NCBI GenBank assembly: GCA_028353405.1
Contig: JAOMOG010000007.1
Coordinates: forward strand, 755 to 64,754
Length of the DNA: 64,000 bases
Reading direction: 5' to 3'
DNA from: Candidatus Poseidoniaceae archaeon
GTDB taxonomy: Archaea > Thermoplasmatota > Poseidoniia > Poseidoniales > Poseidoniaceae
Positions 37,774-48,378 of the stretch are shown piece after piece. A program made the translations under genes and the position numbers. Below the pieces are notes generated by a model, which was not told the origin of the DNA, did not search any database, and was given only the letters and a program-made list of their open reading frames with translations. The first letter of the stretch is position 1. The number at the start of each line of letters is the position of its first letter.

Positions 37774-38688
37774 TCATTCAGGAGAGCCAATAAACTTCAT
37801 GCTACTGGTATCGAAAGTCGAATCTATGAGTCCAAGTTCTTGCCCTTCCTTGATGAATTGACGTACCGCAGAACGACCCTCGTCCTCATAATCAATCGTT
37901 CTATTATTTACATACATAGAAACAAATTCCTTATTTGTTTCATCATCAATTCCTCTACCCCATGCCTTGGCAAATTCAAGGGCGTCAGCAGGGTGCGCAA
38001 TAGCATGTTCAATGCTCATTTTTGTGTACAAAGTGATATCCTCCATCACTTGTTGACCTAAATCTCTTCTAACGACATTACCACCAAGGGGCATCGGCCA
38101 GCCATCGGTTCGATCATTCCACCAAACACCTAAATCCAACAGGACATTCAAGTCATGTTCAACGTAAGTTAATTGGCCCTCATGGATAATTAATCCGGAC
38201 ATAAATGTACCATCTAGGACTCTAGGAATTATTTCATCAAAGGGTACTACTTCAACTTGGCAATCTCCCCACGCCAACCTCAAACCAAGGTAAGCACTAG
38301 TTTTCATACCTGGTACTGCGATTATATTGGAGCGCACATCATCTTCAGAAACCCCTTGCATTGAAACGACCATCGGACCATATCCTTCCCCCATCGAAGC
38401 ACCACAGTTCATCAAAGCATAGTGTTGTGAAATTTCAGGATAAGCGTGAATAGAGACCGCAGAAACTTCAAGTTCTTGTTTCATGGCTCTGTGGTTGAGA
38501 GTTTCAATATCTTGTAGTTCATGTACGAAATTATAGCCAGGAGTAGGAAAAGCTCCTGTTGTCATTGCGTGGAACATAAAAGCATCATCCGGATCTGGTG
38601 AATGTCCAATACGGACCACCTTATTACCTTCAGCGTCTAGTGGCAACTCAGTGTGCATAATGCGTCCGACCAAGATACCCTTCATCAA
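37774..38688 (-). CDS. mqnD: 1,4-dihydroxy-6-naphthoate synthase (MqnD, MqnA/MqnD family)
   Basis: RIGHSPDPDDAFMF resembles the MqnD SPCPNDTF motif (VitK2_biosynth family). It clusters with mqnA and a radical-SAM mqnC/E. Confidence 0.6.
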   Translation of the reverse strand: MMKGILVGRIMHTELPLDAEGNKVVRIGHSPDPDDAFMFHAMTTGAFPTPGYNFVHELQDIETLNHRAMKQELEVSAVSIHAYPEISQHYALMNCGASMGEGYGPMVVSMQGVSEDDVRSNIIAVPGMKTSAYLGLRLAWGDCQVEVVPFDEIIPRVLDGTFMSGLIIHEGQLTYVEHDLNVLLDLGVWWNDRTDGWPMPLGGNVVRRDLGQQVMEDITLYTKMSIEHAIAHPADALEFAKAWGRGIDDETNKEFVSMYVNNRTIDYEDEGRSAVRQFIKEGQELGLIDSTFDTSSMKFIGSPE

Positions 38689-38733
38689 TCAACCGCATCA
38701 ATCTATATGGTTAATGATGGCAAATCGTAAAGA

Positions 38734-41088
38734 ATGATGATTCGGGGGGTTTTTCACCGAGATGTTTTCAAACCATATGCTTTCAGCAAATTGAGGGCGC
38801 ATATGCTACGAAGCCGAATAATTGATTTCCAATTCTCATCCATAGCGATGTTGTTGTTAATTATTCTCGTTCCAGCAACTACTGCTACATCATCTGGGCT
38901 ATCTTATGCAGGCGGACTCTCAAACCCCTCAGAAGTATCAAATAGCCAATCAGTGGACATTAATTATGACAACACATTGTTAGCGACTGGATATAACGGA
39001 GTACTAACAATCCATAGTATTGAAGACAATTCATTAATAGCAAGTTTTGAATTGATTAGGCAAATTGTTGATTTGAAATTTTCTCCCGACGGATTGACAT
39101 TAGCACTATCGTTAATCGGTTCAGAAGTCCGTACTGATAATATTCAATTGATTGATGTTGAAAGCCTCCAATTAATAACAAATGTCAATAGTAATTCTAA
39201 CTCTGAAACAAAATCTATTTCTTGGAGCCCTGATAGTACTATTCTGGCAGTTCCTAATTCGGACAAAGGTGTAGATCTATTGAGAAAGTCTGACCTAAGT
39301 ATTGAGGTGAGTTTGTCTAGTGGACATAATACTGATGTGTCTTGTATTGCCTTTTCAACTGATGGCAACATGGTGCTAACCGGTGATGAATCAGGACGAG
39401 TGTTGACATGGGATCGGCTAGGCAACCCTACAGGAAAACAGTGGGACTTGGATAGCGAAGTTGTAGGTTGTGGCTTTGATAGCGAAGACTTGAGGATAGG
39501 TCTACTGAGTGAAAATGGAAGGTTGAAAACTGTGGATCCAAATGGAGGTGCAATTAATCAGAGTGACTTTATTTCGGGAAGTGGAATGTTATGGTCTAGT
39601 GATGGAACTTACATTCACATTATAGAATCTAGTACCCAATCAAAGATTATTACCATCGAGGCCTCTACATTTTTAGTCAAGGAAGAGACGATATTATTCC
39701 ATCGCGCATCAGATTTTGCAGTTATTGAAAACTCAAACTTTTTGCCAGAGAAAATATTTGTCACCTCAGATACCCAAAATATTGCCATATACGGCTCGCC
39801 CGTATTACCAATTGGATACGGTGAAAATGGTGCAGATTTAGATGGAGACGGTGTTCCTGATCATTTAGATGATGATGACGATGGAGATTCTATTTCAGAT
39901 GATTGGGACATCAATTGTGTTTCAAGTGCTGAGGAGTGTTCAAACGTTCCAAAACAAGATGATATTAGAAATCTAAATATTTGGATTAACCAAACTACAT
40001 TAGAACTTGAAGATGTAATTACATTAAATTCTCAACAATCATCCCTCATTAGAAACATGTCTCGCAAATCCGTTATCGCAGACCAGCAATTAAGCCATTC
40101 CGAAGCAGTTAGGTTCTCCAACTCTGTTTGTGAGAACATGGACACTGCTGATTTCATTGACTCGTGGAAGGCTGCGATTGAATTATCTGTAGGTCAGGTG
40201 GAAAATGGATACGTTAGTTGTAATATTAGAAGTGGAATGATATTAACTGAGGTAGACGATGAAAGAACAAGAATAAAGATCGTATTGAAGGTTTCATTTA
40301 CACTGTTCCCAGATGCGCGCTATCCACTTCAATTATCACTCATGTATCAGCCAGAGGCAACTGATGGTTCAATAGCCAATTTAGCTGAAGCGCACCCAAT
40401 TCATGTTGTTCTAGACGGAGAACGTGGACTACCAGTTTCATGGAGTCCATGGTGGGTTGAAGAAAATAAAATTAATTTACAACTGATAGAGGATATTCCT
40501 CCCAAGCCCACAATGCTAGAAACTTTTGTCAAAATCACCATCGAATATCCATGGATTGCAATATTCGCTATCTTGATGCTAACCGCATCAGCATTAACCT
40601 ATATTAGAACAAGAAATGCTAGTAATGTTGATTTAGAATTTGCATTTGATGACTTTGATGACATCCCTGAAGGAACTAAAGAGAATGAATTTGAGGAAGA
40701 GGAAGAGGAAGAAGAATCATTGACCCATGAGGAATTAATGAGAAAGCGGCAGATAAAAAGAAAAATTGGCCGCAAAAAGTCACAACCTAGTGAGGCTGTT
40801 TCGCAAAACGAATCAGAATCTACCATCGGTGGCTTTTACGACGATGAAGATGATATTGCACCTGTGGTTGTACGGAGAAGGTCTGGTAGTGTTAAACGAA
40901 GTCGTGACGGCACCGCTGTGACGGGAAAGCGTACTACATTGAGTTCTATAAGCGAACAGACTGCTCCAGTTATTGCTAAGAAAGTATCAACTAAGAAACC
41001 AGTCATCAAAACCCGCAGAGTCGTTACTGGGCAAAACGATAATCAAGTAATGGATGATGCTCTTGATCGTTTGACTAACAGTGATTGA
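38734..41088 (+). CDS. Large secreted or membrane-anchored beta-propeller (WD40-like) protein with a TSP3-like DxDxDG calcium motif, a C-terminal TM and a charged tail
   Basis: N-terminal hydrophobic segment IAMLLLIILVPATTA. Repeated SPDG / TGDESGRVLTWD propeller-like blades. DLDGDGVPDHLDDDDDGD. A TM segment WIAIFAILMLTASALTYI. The tail reads EEEEEEEE...KRQIKRKIGRKK. Confidence 0.5.
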   Translation: MMIRGVFHRDVFKPYAFSKLRAHMLRSRIIDFQFSSIAMLLLIILVPATTATSSGLSYAGGLSNPSEVSNSQSVDINYDNTLLATGYNGVLTIHSIEDNSLIASFELIRQIVDLKFSPDGLTLALSLIGSEVRTDNIQLIDVESLQLITNVNSNSNSETKSISWSPDSTILAVPNSDKGVDLLRKSDLSIEVSLSSGHNTDVSCIAFSTDGNMVLTGDESGRVLTWDRLGNPTGKQWDLDSEVVGCGFDSEDLRIGLLSENGRLKTVDPNGGAINQSDFISGSGMLWSSDGTYIHIIESSTQSKIITIEASTFLVKEETILFHRASDFAVIENSNFLPEKIFVTSDTQNIAIYGSPVLPIGYGENGADLDGDGVPDHLDDDDDGDSISDDWDINCVSSAEECSNVPKQDDIRNLNIWINQTTLELEDVITLNSQQSSLIRNMSRKSVIADQQLSHSEAVRFSNSVCENMDTADFIDSWKAAIELSVGQVENGYVSCNIRSGMILTEVDDERTRIKIVLKVSFTLFPDARYPLQLSLMYQPEATDGSIANLAEAHPIHVVLDGERGLPVSWSPWWVEENKINLQLIEDIPPKPTMLETFVKITIEYPWIAIFAILMLTASALTYIRTRNASNVDLEFAFDDFDDIPEGTKENEFEEEEEEEESLTHEELMRKRQIKRKIGRKKSQPSEAVSQNESESTIGGFYDDEDDIAPVVVRRRSGSVKRSRDGTAVTGKRTTLSSISEQTAPVIAKKVSTKKPVIKTRRVVTGQNDNQVMDDALDRLTNSD

Positions 41089-41886
41089 TTACCAACAGAA
41101 TTGGGCACCGGCAGTCAGTTCACATGCTTCTATCAAAAATTGGTTCAATCCGGCTAGATGGTCATCATCAAGTCTATTGAATACCTCTCCGAAATATCGG
41201 TCCAATCTCTCGTAAGATAATTCAGAACGGCTAATGGACCAATTGATTACAGCATCTCTTTGTTCAGAACTGGTCTCGAAAAGAGCCAACTTTGACTCAA
41301 GAGCGTTGTGTGCTGCAATTATCATTTCTTTAGGAGTGTCAATTCTAGCTGCGAAGACCCCGAAAACCATCGGTTTTCCTGATTTCTCTAGCCATGCTTG
41401 CCCTAAGTCTAATTGTACCATTGAAGGATACTCTTTTGCACTCTCTAGTGCTCTATCTCCAATCAGTAGTGCTCCATCACAATTATCTAGCATCAAATCA
41501 AAATCTGGACCCATTTGGGTCAAAGTTGGATTCAATCCCTTGATCTTCAAAAGATGCTTCAAAAGTGCTACCGATGTTGCCGAATCAGAAGGCAAAGCAA
41601 TAGATTCCATTTTTTCTAATTTCTTGTTTGAAAATAATAGTACACTACCGACTTCACCCTTAGAACAAATACCAATATCCGGAATTAATATTAATTCGTC
41701 AGCATGTTTTGCATAATCGGCAGCAGGGATTGGCGCTAGTACACAATCTCTGCGTAGCAAATGACCAGTTAACCATGAAGGTGGTGCTGGTAAAACATTC
41801 CATGTTTCATCAAGACCATAGAATAAAGGGTCACAATTGAGAAAGGAAACACGACCGATTGTCCTCGTCCAACCATGGGTCGCCAT
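41089..41886 (-). CDS. mqnA: Chorismate dehydratase (MqnA), futalosine pathway
   Basis: IGRVSFLNCDPLFYGL resembles the MqnA N-terminal motif. The size is 265 aa, and it is adjacent to the radical-SAM mqn gene. Confidence 0.6.
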   Translation of the reverse strand: MATHGWTRTIGRVSFLNCDPLFYGLDETWNVLPAPPSWLTGHLLRRDCVLAPIPAADYAKHADELILIPDIGICSKGEVGSVLLFSNKKLEKMESIALPSDSATSVALLKHLLKIKGLNPTLTQMGPDFDLMLDNCDGALLIGDRALESAKEYPSMVQLDLGQAWLEKSGKPMVFGVFAARIDTPKEMIIAAHNALESKLALFETSSEQRDAVINWSISRSELSYERLDRYFGEVFNRLDDDHLAGLNQFLIEACELTAGAQFCW

Positions 41887-41937
41887 AATGCGAGGGGGGG
41901 CCTACTACTGAAAGGTGTAACTCATAATTGGTTTGAG

Positions 41938-43146
41938 TTATTGGGCCATTTTCAAACCGCGTATTGGCTTTGGAGTTGGGGCAATGAATCTTTCAAATCG
42001 TTCATATGTTGTATTCCTCTTTACAGGAATACATCCAGCATTTTCAATCAATTTAGACAATTTACTCAAATCATGATCTAACGGCGCAGTGGAGCCTGCT
42101 AAATGCATAATAGATTCCTTTTGTACCGTTCCATCAATATCATCAGCACCGAACTGTAATGCTAATTCCGCTAACCCATCACCAATATTCATTCGATATG
42201 CCTTGATATGCGGTATAGAGTCAAGCATTAACCTTGAAACTGCAATGGTTCGTAATACTTCAGTTCCTGTAGCACATTGAGCTTCAGGCAGCCTGGATGA
42301 ATCAGGCAAGAACGGATATGGCACAAAACACTGAAACCCTCCAGTTTCGTCAGCCAATTTGCGCAATTTATCCATGTGGATTAGACGATGCCTTAGCGTT
42401 TCAACTGTTCCAAATAGCATGGTACAATTTGAAGGCAAGCCGATTTGATGAGCGGTTCTATGAATCTCCAAGTACTCCTCAGAACTCTCTTTCCCATTAC
42501 AGATTATTGCCCTGACCCCATCATCTAATATTTCTGCACCCCCACCAGGTAAACTACCAAGTCCTGCATCCTTCAGTATCGTCAAAACCTCTCTGTAAGA
42601 CATACTAGACAACTGTGAAAGATGTTTTATTTCAACTGCTGTCAATGCTTTAATTGTGATATGAGGGAATTTCTCGCTTACTGTTTTGAATAAGTCTCGA
42701 TAATGGTAAACATCCCAATCCGGATGTAATCCTCCGACTGAATGAACTTCATCAACATATTCTGCATAATTCGACAAATCATCAACATATGCCTCAATGT
42801 CCAGTGAATAAGCGTCAGCAGATTTCTTACTTCTTCTAAAGGCACAAAAGCGACATGCTAAGACACAAACATTAGTTTGATTCACATGTACATTCGAATT
42901 AAAAAATGCAAAGTTTTCAAAACGTGATTTACGGACAAAATCAGCTAACCTGCCCACTTCGTTAAGATTCTGATGATGATATAGGATCAATCCATCCTCA
43001 ATACTCAATCTCTCCCCTAAGGCAACCTTCTCAGCGATCGGAGTGATTGTTTCACTCCACTGCTCGGATTCTAATGATTCGGCTAGCCTCTGTTGCCAGT
43101 CATTCTGGCAACCTGCAAGTAACTGAGATGATGACCACTGTTGCAT
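41938..43146 (-). CDS. Radical SAM menaquinone biosynthesis enzyme (MqnC or MqnE family)
   Basis: CVLACRFCAF is the CxxxCxxC cluster motif. The size is 402 aa and the gene clusters with mqnA. I cannot distinguish MqnC from MqnE by eye. Confidence 0.65.
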   Translation of the reverse strand: MQQWSSSQLLAGCQNDWQQRLAESLESEQWSETITPIAEKVALGERLSIEDGLILYHHQNLNEVGRLADFVRKSRFENFAFFNSNVHVNQTNVCVLACRFCAFRRSKKSADAYSLDIEAYVDDLSNYAEYVDEVHSVGGLHPDWDVYHYRDLFKTVSEKFPHITIKALTAVEIKHLSQLSSMSYREVLTILKDAGLGSLPGGGAEILDDGVRAIICNGKESSEEYLEIHRTAHQIGLPSNCTMLFGTVETLRHRLIHMDKLRKLADETGGFQCFVPYPFLPDSSRLPEAQCATGTEVLRTIAVSRLMLDSIPHIKAYRMNIGDGLAELALQFGADDIDGTVQKESIMHLAGSTAPLDHDLSKLSKLIENAGCIPVKRNTTYERFERFIAPTPKPIRGLKMAQ

Positions 43147-43163
43147 AATTATTTCACCTTCAA

Positions 43164-46091
43164 TTATGCTCTTTTCTTACCGATTGCAAACACTCGAGAA
43201 TAGACAAGGAATTTTCTAAATTCTTCAGCGATAAATACTCCTGATGCGACAGCCATTATTATCAGCCAATCCTTCCCTTCTAGTTCAATTGTAGATAATA
43301 GTGAACCAACCTGGACATTGAGAATAGGTATGACTTCAGACGAGTTATGAATTATTAGCCATAGTAGTGAGAACGATATCACAACTGCATAATTTATTGC
43401 TTTGTTAGAGAATAGTCCCAATTTGAAAACACTATCCTCGCTACTTCGGCAATTCATTACATTGAATAATTGGAATACTACGAAAACTGCGAATGTCATT
43501 GTTTGGGCATAAACGAATCTATCTTCTGAATAACTCTCCCAGTCTTCTATTGCTGCAGAATCTCCAACCAAGCACGCATTGCGGTCAAAGTGCTGAGATA
43601 AATCCTCCTCGGTAAATGGTAGTCCATCACAGACCTCAACTCCTCCACCAGCAAGGAAGAAAATTATGAGAGTTCCCGTTACCATGACAATTCCAAGATA
43701 GAATATTAATGCAATATCAGAAAGACTCGGTAATCCTTCCTGAACTGGACGCGGCGGCCTATTCATCACGCTTCCATGCTTCTTTTCAACACCAAGTGCA
43801 ACCGCGGGAGGGCCATCCATTAGGATATTGATTACCAATATTTGAGTAGCTGTAAGTGGTAAATTCCAGCCAAATATGAATGTAGAGACAATGATTAATG
43901 CTACAGCAGCAACATTTGTTGAAATCTGGTATCTTACAAAGTTTCGAATGTTTTGATAAATTTTTCTTCCTTCTTCTATGGCAGATACAATATTTGCAAA
44001 GTTATCATCCTGTAAAACCATGTCAGAAGCGTCCTTTGCAACATCTGTACCCGCTATTCCCATTGAGATACCAATATTTGCCCGTGATAATGCTGGCGCA
44101 TCATTTACTCCATCTCCTGTCATTGCAACAATTTCACCATTTTCCTGTAAAGATGAAACTATCCGCATCTTTTGATCTGGTGTCACGCGAGAGAATATGC
44201 TTGTATCGCCACACACATCTATCATTTCTTCATCAGTGTAATTGGATAACTGATGGCCATTTACCGCTGGAACTATCCCATCTGTAATATTTAATTCCAA
44301 ACCTATTGCATTAGCGGTAATTTGCTGATCTCCAGTAATCATCTTTACCTTTATTCCAGCTCTTTGGCAAATTGCGATTGCCTCTTCCACTTCGGGGCGC
44401 GGAGGATCCATTATTCCAACTAGTCCCAAGTAAATGAATCCAGACTCTATCTTAGTTACATCATCAATATTTTCATCATCACCCATCTTTCTAGCACACA
44501 ATGCTAATACGCGCATTGCTTTCGATGCCATGTCCTTATTGGACTCGACTGCACTATCAAAATCAGATTGCCCGATTGGTTGAATCTTTCCATCTAGTAT
44601 TTTTCTATCGACTAAAGTCTTGTATCCGCCTGCTCCACCCTTAGAGAATATCCATTTTTCACCCTCGTATTCATGAATAACTGTCATTCTCTTTCTAACG
44701 GAGTCAAAAAAGAACTCATGGATACGTGGATGACGTTGTGCGAATTTCTTTACATCGCCATTGATTTTCCACCCTGCGACAGCACAAGCAGAATCCGTTG
44801 GATCTCCTATCGCCTGCCATCTCCCATCAACCTTTGAAATTTGAGAATTGTGACATAATGCCAAACATGCGGCTGTTAATCTGAAACCAAGGTCATTTTG
44901 TAATGACGACATTTCCGTATCGGAGACATTTGAGCCTTCTTTCATCAAAGTTCCTTCTGGTTTGAATCCGTTTCCAGAGATGTCGAATTTTCCAAAAGAG
45001 GTGCTTATTTGACGAGCAGTCATTTGGTTTTTAGTTAAAGTACCTGTTTTATCTGAACAAATAACAGTGGTTGAACCGAGAGTTTCCACTGCCTTCATTC
45101 TCCTAATAATCGCCTTATGTTGAGCCATGTTTCGCATTCCTAGAGCTAGAGTGATTACCAAAATAATTGGTAAACCCTCAGGAACAATTGCAACGAAAAT
45201 CGCCACAGCGACCATGAATTGTTCTAATGCTGCATCCCAAATGTCAATATTTGGATCACCATAAGCGATTAGCATTTTTAGTGACACTAAGAGAAATGCT
45301 ACTATTAGAGCAACAAATCCAAGGAATTTTCCTAACGATTCTAATTTCATTTCCAAAGGAGTTGGAGGGGATTTACTACCGACAATATCTGTTGCGATTC
45401 TGCCTAACTCGGTTTTCATACCCGTTTCAACAACAATACCAACCGCTCTCCCAGTTGCGACACAAGTGCCCATATAAGCCATGTTTATTCTTTCTGCAAG
45501 TATCGTATCATTATCACAGACATTCGGATTTTTCCTAACAGTGTGAGATTCTCCGGTTAGAGCCGACTCATCGATTTTGCATTGGAATGCTTCTATTATT
45601 CTTATATCAGCTGGTACATTCAAACCTCCTTCCAACTTTACAATATCACCAGGAACCAATTCTTGTGTAGATATTTCTACATCAATCCCCTCACGAATGA
45701 CAACACATTGAGAAACAGACATTTGTTTCAGTGCATCCATTGCTTGCTCAGCTTGACCTTCTTGCCAAAATCCGAATACTGCATTTGCCGTTAGAACAAT
45801 AAAAATGAATATTGCATCTCCAGAATTATGCCCCGGTAATGCTAGTGCAACTAAAGCTGCTGCGATTAACAAATAGTTGAGAGGATCGTGATACTGAGAT
45901 AAAAACCTCATTATAGCAGATGTTTTGACAGGTTCTTGTAATTTATTAAAACCATATTTCTCTTGCCTTTCGCTAACTTCAGAAGGCAATAAACCATCTA
46001 AATTAGTATCTAATTCAAGTAAAATATCAGTAGTTTCAAGGTCATGCCAAGTAGTTGTAGACATAGTATTCACCTTGAATGCAAGAATCAT
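43164..46091 (-). CDS. P-type ATPase, type IIA/IIB (Ca2+-transporting)
   Basis: Phosphorylation motif CSDKTGTLT, plus TGES, MITGD and the GDGVNDAPAL hinge. There are 10 TM segments. The likely true start is an internal Met near 46064. Confidence 0.9.
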   Translation of the reverse strand: MILAFKVNTMSTTTWHDLETTDILLELDTNLDGLLPSEVSERQEKYGFNKLQEPVKTSAIMRFLSQYHDPLNYLLIAAALVALALPGHNSGDAIFIFIVLTANAVFGFWQEGQAEQAMDALKQMSVSQCVVIREGIDVEISTQELVPGDIVKLEGGLNVPADIRIIEAFQCKIDESALTGESHTVRKNPNVCDNDTILAERINMAYMGTCVATGRAVGIVVETGMKTELGRIATDIVGSKSPPTPLEMKLESLGKFLGFVALIVAFLLVSLKMLIAYGDPNIDIWDAALEQFMVAVAIFVAIVPEGLPIILVITLALGMRNMAQHKAIIRRMKAVETLGSTTVICSDKTGTLTKNQMTARQISTSFGKFDISGNGFKPEGTLMKEGSNVSDTEMSSLQNDLGFRLTAACLALCHNSQISKVDGRWQAIGDPTDSACAVAGWKINGDVKKFAQRHPRIHEFFFDSVRKRMTVIHEYEGEKWIFSKGGAGGYKTLVDRKILDGKIQPIGQSDFDSAVESNKDMASKAMRVLALCARKMGDDENIDDVTKIESGFIYLGLVGIMDPPRPEVEEAIAICQRAGIKVKMITGDQQITANAIGLELNITDGIVPAVNGHQLSNYTDEEMIDVCGDTSIFSRVTPDQKMRIVSSLQENGEIVAMTGDGVNDAPALSRANIGISMGIAGTDVAKDASDMVLQDDNFANIVSAIEEGRKIYQNIRNFVRYQISTNVAAVALIIVSTFIFGWNLPLTATQILVINILMDGPPAVALGVEKKHGSVMNRPPRPVQEGLPSLSDIALIFYLGIVMVTGTLIIFFLAGGGVEVCDGLPFTEEDLSQHFDRNACLVGDSAAIEDWESYSEDRFVYAQTMTFAVFVVFQLFNVMNCRSSEDSVFKLGLFSNKAINYAVVISFSLLWLIIHNSSEVIPILNVQVGSLLSTIELEGKDWLIIMAVASGVFIAEEFRKFLVYSRVFAIGKKRA

Positions 46092-46248
46092 CCAATAACC
46101 CTGCGAAGAATTGATGATTTATGAGTATAATGGAGGAGAACCCATCAACTAATATTGAATATAGGGGATATAATTATTATATTTTACAAGTTAGAGAATT
46201 TTCTAATACTAACATTTTATCTGCATTAGGTTCAAAATCCCAATTCAC

Positions 46249-48303
46249 TTGGCTGAGATTATGAGCGCTCTGGGCGAACCATATATATCGGCCGATGAGT
46301 CTCCTATGGAATTGACTCTCAGAGTAATCCTGGTAGGTATTGTTCTTGGTGTTTTGATGACGGCAGCCAATGCATATCTGGGTTTATACGCAGGCATGAC
46401 CGTATCTGCTTCAATTCCTGCTGCAGTGATGTCAATGATCATTTTACGCACCTTATTTGATGATGTTTCAATTCTTGAAAACAATGCAGTGCAAACCATG
46501 GCAAGTGCTGGTGAATCACTTGCTGCAGGAGTTATTTTTACAGTACCAGCACTACTAGTAATTGGGCTATGGGAAGATATCCAATTTGTTGAAACGTTTG
46601 TAATTGCACTTATCGGGGGGCTTTTGGGTACAATGTTCACCATTGCCCTAAGAAGATTATTCATCGTAGAAGAAGCCCTGCCTTATCCTGAAGGTGTTGC
46701 CTGTAGAGAAGTACTGGTTGCTGGTGAAGAGGGTGGAGAAGGTGCATTAGCAATCTTGTATGCACTAGGAATCGGTGCAATATATGGATTCATGGTAAAG
46801 GGTTTCAATGTGACACATCACACAGTTGAGAGTTCTGTAGATTTTCTAAGTACAAAATTATACGCTGGTATGGATTTGTCAATTGCACTATTATCTGTTG
46901 GATATATCGTAGGAATAAGAATCGCTTCATTTATTTTCTTAGGCGGAGTAATCGGCTTTGGGATATTAGTTCCAATTTATGGATTGATAAACGGCTGGCC
47001 TGAAGCATCAAATGGAGTAGAGGCTTTCTATAGCGTATGGTCTACGCAAATCCGCTATGTTGGCGTTGGCGCCATGGTAGTGGGAGGAGTTTACACTCTA
47101 TGGTCGATGAAAGGAACAATCTATAATGGATTGTCAAAAGCATTTGAAAAGAATGATGAGGCTGCGTTTGAAGTCGTACGCACTGAGCAAGATCTACCGC
47201 TTCGCAAAGTTTTGATGGTCTGTGGACTACTTGTTATTGCGACCTTTATATTCTATGCCATTGCATTGGAATCAGTTGTATTAGCTCTTGCTGGTGCAAC
47301 GTTTTTGGCAGTCGTTTCATTCTTTTTCGCAGCCGTTGCTGGATATATCGCTGGTGTGGTTGGATCTTCTAATTCCCCCGTTTCAGGAATGACAATTGCA
47401 ACTTTATTATTCACAGTTGCACTTGTATGGGTAGTAGGTGACTTATTTCTTGGATTGTCTACAGGCACTCTAATGTATGCAACATTACTAATCGCCGCAA
47501 TCGTAGCATCTTCAGCCGCTATTGCCGGTGATGTCATGCAGGATTTGAAAACCGGACACATGGTTGGTGCAACTCCATGGAGGCAACAGATTGCCGAAAT
47601 AGTTGGTGTCGTAACCGGTGCTATTGTAATTGGGCCAACATTAAAATTACTACATGAAGCATTCAGAATATCAAGTACTGCTTGTGCATTAGATCCACTA
47701 CCTGGTGACCCTGAATGTAAAAATGCACTCTTCGCTCCACAGGCTGAATTAATTGGAGCGATTGTCGAAGGTGCATTTGGAAGTGGTTTAAATCTACAAA
47801 TGGTATTACTCGGAGCAGTTATCGCCGTTGTATTGATTAGACTAAGTATGCCAGTAATGAGCGTTGCAATTGGAATATATTTGCCACTCGGACTATCAGT
47901 TCCGATCATGTTAGGTGGCGTAATTTCATACATCGCTCTAAGAAGTGCCCACCTTAGAATAGATGGTACACTCGATAGAGAACCAAGTTCAGAAGCAGTT
48001 ACTGCTGCTAAAGAAGTAGAAAGTAGAGGGGTCCTAATTGGGGCAGGATTTATTGCAGGAGAATCGATAATGGGAGTTTTCGTAGCGGTATTAATCGTTA
48101 TGAAAATCAATCTTCCTGAATTATTAGGAATAGGCGTATTAGGAAACTTACTTTCACTCGCTTTCTTCGCTTGGTTTGTTGGAATATTTATCTGGTTAGC
48201 AACAAGAGCATTGCCTGAAGGTGGCAATTTACTAACCGATGCTATAGTCGTTGCAAGAAATGCGATTTCACGTGCATACCAATCACTAATGCCTAAGCGT
48301 TAA
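46249..48303 (+). CDS. OPT-family oligopeptide transporter
   Basis: It has ~16 TM segments, and its length and Gly-rich TM pattern are typical of the OPT superfamily. Confidence 0.8.
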   Translation: MAEIMSALGEPYISADESPMELTLRVILVGIVLGVLMTAANAYLGLYAGMTVSASIPAAVMSMIILRTLFDDVSILENNAVQTMASAGESLAAGVIFTVPALLVIGLWEDIQFVETFVIALIGGLLGTMFTIALRRLFIVEEALPYPEGVACREVLVAGEEGGEGALAILYALGIGAIYGFMVKGFNVTHHTVESSVDFLSTKLYAGMDLSIALLSVGYIVGIRIASFIFLGGVIGFGILVPIYGLINGWPEASNGVEAFYSVWSTQIRYVGVGAMVVGGVYTLWSMKGTIYNGLSKAFEKNDEAAFEVVRTEQDLPLRKVLMVCGLLVIATFIFYAIALESVVLALAGATFLAVVSFFFAAVAGYIAGVVGSSNSPVSGMTIATLLFTVALVWVVGDLFLGLSTGTLMYATLLIAAIVASSAAIAGDVMQDLKTGHMVGATPWRQQIAEIVGVVTGAIVIGPTLKLLHEAFRISSTACALDPLPGDPECKNALFAPQAELIGAIVEGAFGSGLNLQMVLLGAVIAVVLIRLSMPVMSVAIGIYLPLGLSVPIMLGGVISYIALRSAHLRIDGTLDREPSSEAVTAAKEVESRGVLIGAGFIAGESIMGVFVAVLIVMKINLPELLGIGVLGNLLSLAFFAWFVGIFIWLATRALPEGGNLLTDAIVVARNAISRAYQSLMPKR

Positions 48304-48378
48304 TCAATTCCTTGTAATTCGTCTTAGAGATGAGGCGCAAGTATCAAAGAGCCCCCTCATAGCCAATGGATCAATAGG

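Noticed and set aside
47253-48227. 324-aa minus-strand ORF
   Set aside because: It lies entirely antisense within the OPT transporter gene. Its Ala/Pro/Thr low-complexity content results from the mirror of a Gly/Ala-rich TM-coding region.
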